A stretch of 64,000 nt of DNA from a virus (Duplodnaviria > Caudoviricetes). Shown piece by piece: positions 57,986-64,000 of this stretch. Below the pieces are notes generated by a model. The model was given only the letters and a program-made list of their open reading frames with translations. It searched no databases and was not told where the DNA came from. The position numbers were made by a program, and so were the translations under genes. The stretch spans positions 1,180 to 65,179 of IMG/VR virus record IMGVR_UViG_3300025689_000007; one strand, 5' to 3'. Numbering within the stretch: the stretch's first letter is position 1; each line of letters opens with the position of its first letter.

Positions 57986-58561
57986 TTATTTTTTGTATAG
58001 TTTACCGAGACCACAAGATTTGGTTGAAACTACCTCATAAGTCAAATTATTCTGTGCTGCAAAGTCTTTTATGGGCTGAACAATATTCTGCTCTTCTCCA
58101 CTTATATTGTCTATAACATCGTGAAAATACCAGACTGTATTATCATCTGTCAGTGGAAAATAAGCATTGAGTTCCTTTGTAATATGGTCTGGATCATGAA
58201 AAGAATCCACAAAAATAATATCTGCTTTTCTACCGTTTGCCAATTCCTTCACCTTATCAATTACAGTTGCTTCAACATCATCACCCAAGATAAACTTCCA
58301 CCAGTTTTCGGTGGGAATACGATACTTGGTCATTTTATCCTCAATATCAATTGATATCATAAGTTTATCCTCTGCATCAGAATTTCTTAATCCCTCTGCA
58401 AGAGCCTTCGTGGAACCATTTCCATATTCTACACCAAGTTCAATAACAAAAGAATGTTTACTGGCTTCCAATGCGAGAAAAGGCATATGAGGAACCATAT
58501 CAGGCCTTATACCGATATCATCCATCATTTCTCGAATTTTTTCTTTTGTTATCATATTCAC
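57986..58561 (-). CDS. class I SAM-dependent methyltransferase
   Basis: VIELGV.YG.GS, MISIDI, DIIFVDS.H, ..FHD. Confidence 0.85.
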   Translation of the reverse strand: MNMITKEKIREMMDDIGIRPDMVPHMPFLALEASKHSFVIELGVEYGNGSTKALAEGLRNSDAEDKLMISIDIEDKMTKYRIPTENWWKFILGDDVEATVIDKVKELANGRKADIIFVDSFHDPDHITKELNAYFPLTDDNTVWYFHDVIDNISGEEQNIVQPIKDFAAQNNLTYEVVSTKSCGLGKLYKK

Positions 58562-60153
58562 ACCTCCCGTTTTATTATATTTATAGTTTCTTTGACTACT
58601 TCTTCCGGTTCTGGAATGTAATCAAGGATATCGCCCGGAACAATATCAACACTTGCGCCATCAATCGTAGTGGGTAAACTCTCTATGTCATCCGTGGTCA
58701 ATCTTTTATAAAGCGCCAATGTTTTATATGATTTTGATCCCTTTCTGTAGGGAAGAACATGATCGGGGTGTTTACAAGTTGGAATAAGAACTATCCAATT
58801 ATCAAATGCCCCCGCAATATGAACAGGAGAACTATCATTCGTTACAACGATAGGGGACATTGAAATCAATGCAATCAGTCCTCCTATGGATAACATATCC
58901 CTGAAATCCACTGCACCCTTTGGACATTTTACATCAACATATCCCTGATCATCGCCGATATGTTTACCGATAATACCAACTTTATACCCCTCATTTATAA
59001 GACCGTTGATTACTGCCAGCCACCATTCAATGGGGAATGTTTTACTTTTCCATCCTCTGCCAGGATGAACCAGAATAAGTTCTTCAGGTTTCTCGTATAT
59101 TGATTTTACCTCCTCTATTTCGTGGTCATATACTTCCAGTTTTATCTGTTTTTCAATATCAGGAATCGTTCTTCTCAATGTTGCAAGAGAAGCAAAATCC
59201 GTAGCGTGAACCAGTGGGTGAGAAATGAACTGCCATATCAATTGATTTTCATTTGGTGCTGTTTCCATTCTGTATAGTGAAACATCATTAAATGTCTGAA
59301 ACTTTTCTGCAACAACAAAATCGTCTTTCAGATGCTCAAATAACCTTGGCCAATGTGTAGTCACATAAATGTCATTGGAATCTTTCGGATACCACTTTCT
59401 TATAAACCTCAACACGGGTTCTGCGCATAGTTGGTCACCCATTCCACCGCCAACTTGAACAAAAATAGACCTCTTGTATTTATAATCTGGTTTCCCCTTT
59501 TCCCATCCTTCCAAATCTTTTCTCATCAATTCAACCATAAGTGCTGGTAATGGACAGCCGGCATAGTGAACAATATATGATGACAATCTGTTTTCTCCTG
59601 TAAATTCATCCATACAACTCATTCTGTTTAACCTGTAATTCAATTTATGAACTTTTACAAGATCATCTTTGAGTATCCTGTAATTCAAGAATGTCTGTTC
59701 ACCAAAAGAGTTTTGTATAAATGGAATTTCTGTCACAGGATAAAACACATTTCTATGTATTTTTGATAGAACCATTACACCAGTGTTGTAATATGTGCCT
59801 GTCTCAAAATTTTGATTATATAATTTATTCAGTTCCATTAAAGCAGGTATCCTGTCAGTATAGGGAGCTTCATTGAAGATGCCCAGTTCTTTACTCGACA
59901 CAATCTCAAACAAATTAGGACAGTCATCCCTTACAATCAGGTCAGTATCAAGCCATAACAACCTGTCATATTTCTTCAATAAATCATATATGATAATAAG
60001 TTTTTCATAATGAGGTGGATCAGAAATATGTTCGTTATAAACAATGAAATCTGCCCCAATTTTATCTGCGTATTTTTTGATTGTAGGATGACTGTAATTT
60101 GATATGAGTTTATAACTATCCCCCACACATAAGGTCACAATTGCTTTTTTCAT
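58558..60153 (-). CDS. bifunctional glycosyltransferase (GT-A/GT8-like plus GT-B/GT9-like)
   Basis: N-half WLDTDL DxD motif, YNTGVMV, EQT.LN, HYAG; C-half GG.GD.L..EP, HPG.....K.FP..W, VVTNDSSPVHIAGA. TATAAATA at 60212-60219 upstream. Confidence 0.85.
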   Translation of the reverse strand: MKKAIVTLCVGDSYKLISNYSHPTIKKYADKIGADFIVYNEHISDPPHYEKLIIIYDLLKKYDRLLWLDTDLIVRDDCPNLFEIVSSKELGIFNEAPYTDRIPALMELNKLYNQNFETGTYYNTGVMVLSKIHRNVFYPVTEIPFIQNSFGEQTFLNYRILKDDLVKVHKLNYRLNRMSCMDEFTGENRLSSYIVHYAGCPLPALMVELMRKDLEGWEKGKPDYKYKRSIFVQVGGGMGDQLCAEPVLRFIRKWYPKDSNDIYVTTHWPRLFEHLKDDFVVAEKFQTFNDVSLYRMETAPNENQLIWQFISHPLVHATDFASLATLRRTIPDIEKQIKLEVYDHEIEEVKSIYEKPEELILVHPGRGWKSKTFPIEWWLAVINGLINEGYKVGIIGKHIGDDQGYVDVKCPKGAVDFRDMLSIGGLIALISMSPIVVTNDSSPVHIAGAFDNWIVLIPTCKHPDHVLPYRKGSKSYKTLALYKRLTTDDIESLPTTIDGASVDIVPGDILDYIPEPEEVVKETINIIKREV

Positions 60154-60162
60154 AAATTCTCC

Positions 60163-62478
60163 TTACCATATATTATCCCAATAATTATTCTGATGGGCTG
60201 GGCCCTTGTTATATTTATAGTATGCAATACTTGTCATTGCCACGGGAGAACTGTATCCAAATGTTCCTCCGGCTTCATATTTGTTCATAAACAATTGATT
60301 ATATGTATAGTCTCCTCCCCATACCCATATTGATCCATCAGATTTTATTCCCATTGATACTTGCGAATTTGCCCGAATAGAAACAAACGAATGGTCACCC
60401 CTAACTGATACAGGATATGACCGACTTGTTATACTATTATCACCAAGTTGCCCATAACTATTCAGACCCCAAGACCAGCAAGTTCCATCATCTTTTAATG
60501 CCAAACAATGCCCATCGCCTGCACATATACTTTTAAAAGTATGGCCACCAGCAACAGATCGAGGAGTAGACTGGTTTCCTGCGATACTTATTCCAAGAAA
60601 ACCGGTTGCTGCGCCTGTATTCTGCCCCCAAGCCCATACTGTCCCATCAGCACCATTAATAAGAAATGACCCAGAATTGTGATTCATCGCAATCTGTATA
60701 GCCGACCTTCCACCCACAACTGAAACAGGGGACGATCTATCTGTAGTTGTATTATCTCCGAGTTGACCATAACTATTATATCCCCAAGACCAGCAAGTTC
60801 CATCGTCACCTTTGATACCAAGACTACAAGTAGCATCAATAACTACATCTTTAAAACTTATAGAGCCGACTACAGAAACAGGAGATGATCTATTAGTTTT
60901 TGAATTATCTCCGAGTTGACCATAATTATTATATCCCCAAGACCAAGCAGAACCGTCAGAACCATCAATACCAATCATACTTTGTGAGGCATTATATATT
61001 TTAGAAAATGATTTACCACCAAGAATAGATGATGGAGATGATTTACTTATAGTTGTCCCGATACCAAGTTCACCATATTGATTACTTCCCCAAGACCAAG
61101 CAGAGCCATCATTTGCAATTGCAACAGCTGTGCTTCTTGCTACATTACCAGAAACAATTTTTAAAGAAATAGATACCCTCATTGGCCTATTTGTCTGTCT
61201 TGGCATACTTACAGCGGCAACCCTATTTTGATCATACCTCGTCTGCGACCAACGACCCATACCCCACCATCTACCATTTGTATCGACACAATGATAATGT
61301 TGATCTCCGGTAGTCATTCTCACAATTTTTCTATCACCACCAAAGTACGGTATGCAAACAGGAGATGAAAAACTGAGTGCCGAAGGACCAAATTGCAAAT
61401 CACCAGCAAACCCCCAACCCCATAAAGTACCATCAGCTTTAAGTGCAAGATAGTAACTATTTGTACTAAGGACACTACATCCACCAGCAATAGAAATGAA
61501 GGAATGATCACCAACAACCGATACGGGTGATGATCTTGTGGTGCGTGTATTATCCCCCACTTCTCCCATAGAATTCTGCCCCCAAGCCCATACTGTACCA
61601 TCTTCTTTCAAACCAGCAGCACCTGATCCGTTGCATGTAATCTGAATAAAGGAATGACCACCGACTACTGATGTAGGAGTTGACCTATGAGCGGATGCTG
61701 ATATACCAAGAGCCGCATTACTGATGTTCTGACCCCAACTCCAAACAGTACCATTTGCTCCTTCGAGTCCATGAACATGATCATCGTTACCACATAATTG
61801 TGTAAATAAATGATCACCAACTACAGATACGGGAGATGATTTGCTCATTGTGGTACCATCTCCAAGTTGCCCATAATTATTTTGACCCCAACTATAACAT
61901 TTCCCATCCGTATCTATCGCTATCGTTTGATTTGCCTGACAAAAAATCTTCGCCCAAGATTTTTCACCAACTACTGATATGGGAGAAGAATAATTTGTTC
62001 TGTTATTACATCCGAGTTGTCCGTAAGAATTGTACCCCCATGCCCATGCTGTACCATTTGCACCATTAATACCAACAGAATGTCCAGAACACCCCGCAAT
62101 AAAAGTAAACGATATCCCTCCCCTTACAGAGGTAGGAGCATATACAGGATTGCTATTGGCACCAAGTTGTCCATAATAGTTTGAACCCCATCCCCAACCA
62201 GTTCCATCAGATGTTCTTCTGGTAATTGTGTGGAAATTATATCCACACATATAGTCACAAATCAGATTACCTATGCTATTCGGACTGAGTTGAATTGGTT
62301 TTGCAACTATCATCATGGAACCAAAAGCCGTATTATTACCCAACTGACCAAAATCGTTCCTCCCCCATAACCATAGTTGACCTGAATTTATAATAGCAAA
62401 ACCCTGGCCCTCGGCCGCGCAATTCACATAGGACACACTTATGTTTCTTCTTGCTCCATTTCTATATCTTATCTTCAT
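60163..62478 (-). CDS. RCC1/BLIP-II repeat beta-propeller protein
   Basis: More than ten repeats of dG..W.WG.N.yGQLGd.....sSP.sV.G. Confidence 0.9.
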   Translation of the reverse strand: MKIRYRNGARRNISVSYVNCAAEGQGFAIINSGQLWLWGRNDFGQLGNNTAFGSMMIVAKPIQLSPNSIGNLICDYMCGYNFHTITRRTSDGTGWGWGSNYYGQLGANSNPVYAPTSVRGGISFTFIAGCSGHSVGINGANGTAWAWGYNSYGQLGCNNRTNYSSPISVVGEKSWAKIFCQANQTIAIDTDGKCYSWGQNNYGQLGDGTTMSKSSPVSVVGDHLFTQLCGNDDHVHGLEGANGTVWSWGQNISNAALGISASAHRSTPTSVVGGHSFIQITCNGSGAAGLKEDGTVWAWGQNSMGEVGDNTRTTRSSPVSVVGDHSFISIAGGCSVLSTNSYYLALKADGTLWGWGFAGDLQFGPSALSFSSPVCIPYFGGDRKIVRMTTGDQHYHCVDTNGRWWGMGRWSQTRYDQNRVAAVSMPRQTNRPMRVSISLKIVSGNVARSTAVAIANDGSAWSWGSNQYGELGIGTTISKSSPSSILGGKSFSKIYNASQSMIGIDGSDGSAWSWGYNNYGQLGDNSKTNRSSPVSVVGSISFKDVVIDATCSLGIKGDDGTCWSWGYNSYGQLGDNTTTDRSSPVSVVGGRSAIQIAMNHNSGSFLINGADGTVWAWGQNTGAATGFLGISIAGNQSTPRSVAGGHTFKSICAGDGHCLALKDDGTCWSWGLNSYGQLGDNSITSRSYPVSVRGDHSFVSIRANSQVSMGIKSDGSIWVWGGDYTYNQLFMNKYEAGGTFGYSSPVAMTSIAYYKYNKGPAHQNNYWDNIW

Positions 62479-62479
62479 T

Positions 62480-64000
62480 TTACCAAGGTGAAGGTGTCTG
62501 GTCGTTATTGTATTGTATCAAGACACCTATCAAATAAACTATTCCATCAAGATCATCATTACTATCACTCGTATATCTACCAACCTTGAACATTACAACA
62601 TCCCCAAGGGCGGGGGTACCGGCTATTGTGAGTGAATCTGTTGCTGGAGAGATATGAAGGTCGCCAATATCAAGAATTTCATCAGCTGCTGAAACAGGAG
62701 AACTATACGCAACATCAAGTGCATCACCGTTACTTACTGCAACCGCCTTGATAATCCAGACAACTGTTGTTCCTGAAGCTGGGGCTTCATCATATGTCCA
62801 GTAAAATTTTGCCTTTACCGTTCCACGATCCCAAGTTTCCGGCATAACTATGGTAAAGTCATTATATAGATCAATATTATTTGGATACTCTACTCTGTCT
62901 ATTGCATTATCATTTGAAGTATATTCTTTTCTATTTATTGCACCGGGAGCCGTGATCGGTTCAATCATTGCGCCTGCTGGAAGCCACATTACATCAAGTC
63001 CACCACCAACTCCGGAAGTACCACTTGAACCGGAGGTTCCGCTTGAACCTGATGTGCCTGACGATCCAGATGAACCAACTATGTTTTCAATCAATACCCA
63101 AGTGAGAGCACCGCTTGTTGTATAGATTCCGGAAGTAAATCCAGATGGAACACTATAGGTAAATGCCGAAGCCCCAAAATTGAATGTTATGGAAGATGTT
63201 CCCTGTATAGACACACCGGCAAAGTATTCCGCAGCATCAAGACCTGACTGTGACGGATTTGTATTTGTCGCTGGATTACCGGATTCATTCCAAGTTCCAT
63301 TTTTACCATACCATATTCTACCAGCATCAATATCAAGTGCAACCATTACAACATCACCATCTGTGAATGTCGTGCTTGCGAGACTTGAACTTGCACTATG
63401 ATAATACAATCCCCGTGCTACAGATGCTCTACCGTGGTATCCCCAACTATCCGCTGTTTGACCAAAATAGTTGGATGTTGTCATTGTTGCATTATCTGCG
63501 ACACCTATCAGAATATATGATTCTGCACCACCATCGGTAACAGACATTTCCCAATAGTATTTTCCGGATGTTTTGGAAAGTATTGAACGAACACTATACC
63601 AAGTATCCGGTGCTGTGGCAGAAGATGCTGTATTATTACCACCTGATAATGTTATATTTGCGTGTTTATCACTTGGATTGAGAGTTGTATAGACGGGAGT
63701 ATAAACCATCTGATATTGGTAAATATTACCCGTATCAGTATCAAGATAATAATCTCCCTCATTAGCAGGGTCAGTCGGAGCTCCACTTCCACTATCCCAA
63801 GTATTACCGGATGAACCCGATGAACCCGATGTGCCTGAACTTCCGGAGGTTCCTGATGTTCCTGATGATCCCGATGTTCCGGAACTTCCTGATGTTCCTG
63901 ATGATCCCGATGTTCCGGAACTTCCTGATGTTCCCGAACTACCACTTGTTCCCGAACTTCCTGATGTTCCAGATGTTCCGGAACTTCCACTTGTTCCACT
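62480..64000 (-). CDS. fibre-like protein with long Gly-X-Ser run and SPRY/B30.2-like domain (5' end outside the window)
   Basis: The frame is open from base 64000 (21 GTS/GSS triplets) into MVYTPV, so the ORF-track start at 63709 is internal. SGKYYWE...GD.V.VALD.D.G..W..KNG SPRY-like motif. Confidence 0.75.
   Translation of the reverse strand, partial: SGTSGSSGTSGTSGSSGTSGSSGTSGSSGTSGSSGTSGSSGTSGSSGTSGTSGSSGTSGSSGSSGNTWDSGSGAPTDPANEGDYYLDTDTGNIYQYQMVYTPVYTTLNPSDKHANITLSGGNNTASSATAPDTWYSVRSILSKTSGKYYWEMSVTDGGAESYILIGVADNATMTTSNYFGQTADSWGYHGRASVARGLYYHSASSSLASTTFTDGDVVMVALDIDAGRIWYGKNGTWNESGNPATNTNPSQSGLDAAEYFAGVSIQGTSSITFNFGASAFTYSVPSGFTSGIYTTSGALTWVLIENIVGSSGSSGTSGSSGTSGSSGTSGVGGGLDVMWLPAGAMIEPITAPGAINRKEYTSNDNAIDRVEYPNNIDLYNDFTIVMPETWDRGTVKAKFYWTYDEAPASGTTVVWIIKAVAVSNGDALDVAYSSPVSAADEILDIGDLHISPATDSLTIAGTPALGDVVMFKVGRYTSDSNDDLDGIVYLIGVLIQYNNDQTPSPW

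Noticed and set aside
645-63401. The many plus-strand ORFs of 60-160 aa in the track
   Set aside because: They lie antisense to well-supported minus-strand genes and show no motifs; treated as shadow ORFs.
63652-63999. 115-aa ORF with EHQEV repeats (also 55037-55282 and 56099-56347)
   Set aside because: These are alternative-frame readings of the GTS/GSS repeat DNA; the real frame is the Gly-X-Ser one.
1-64000. Genome-wide TAG recoding (code 15/16)
   Set aside because: Long conserved genes are intact under code 11, and TAG ends spoVR and the holin-like gene at plausible positions; only one suspicious in-frame TAG was seen.
60163-64000. Diversity-generating retroelement or CRISPR array in the repeat-rich fibre region
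   Set aside because: No reverse transcriptase, no adenine-specific TR/VR pair and no repeat-spacer periodicity; the repeats are coding.
1-64000. tRNA, rRNA or group I/II introns
   Set aside because: None recognised; intergenic gaps are short and explained by terminators or relics. A tRNAscan/Infernal run would be needed to exclude them.

Overview
About 64 kb of an AT-rich, large T4-like myovirus (Caudoviricetes) genome, with essentially every real gene on the minus strand. It holds the late/structural block: gp55-like late sigma factor (truncated at base 1, absent from the ORF track), baseplate, tape measure with an SLT domain, three tube-fold paralogues, sheath, neck, terminase, capsid, scaffold, protease, portal, a lysis cassette and fibre/decoration proteins. 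Accessory features within it: (1) a naturally split intein whose trans-splicing would build an HxGH-nucleotidyltransferase plus ligase-like (KWDG) protein; (2) a prkA/yeaG-yeaH-spoVR module between terS and terL, followed by a hairpin that appears to combine terminator, late promoter and the terL RBS; (3) a candidate virion-modification cluster (1754-aa methyltransferase/glycosyltransferase/BAHT-like protein with an intein, a GT8+GT9-like fusion, a methyltransferase, two radical SAM enzymes) beside fibre proteins with Gly-(Ser/Thr)-Ser runs; (4) about ten small-to-large genes sharing an N-terminal ..KI..YLxE motif like T4 capsid-targeting sequences; (5) a class 3 (Ala1) intein in terL, a decayed homing endonuclease and an IS200/IS605 right-end relic. 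All family calls come from motif recognition by eye; no database searches were run.
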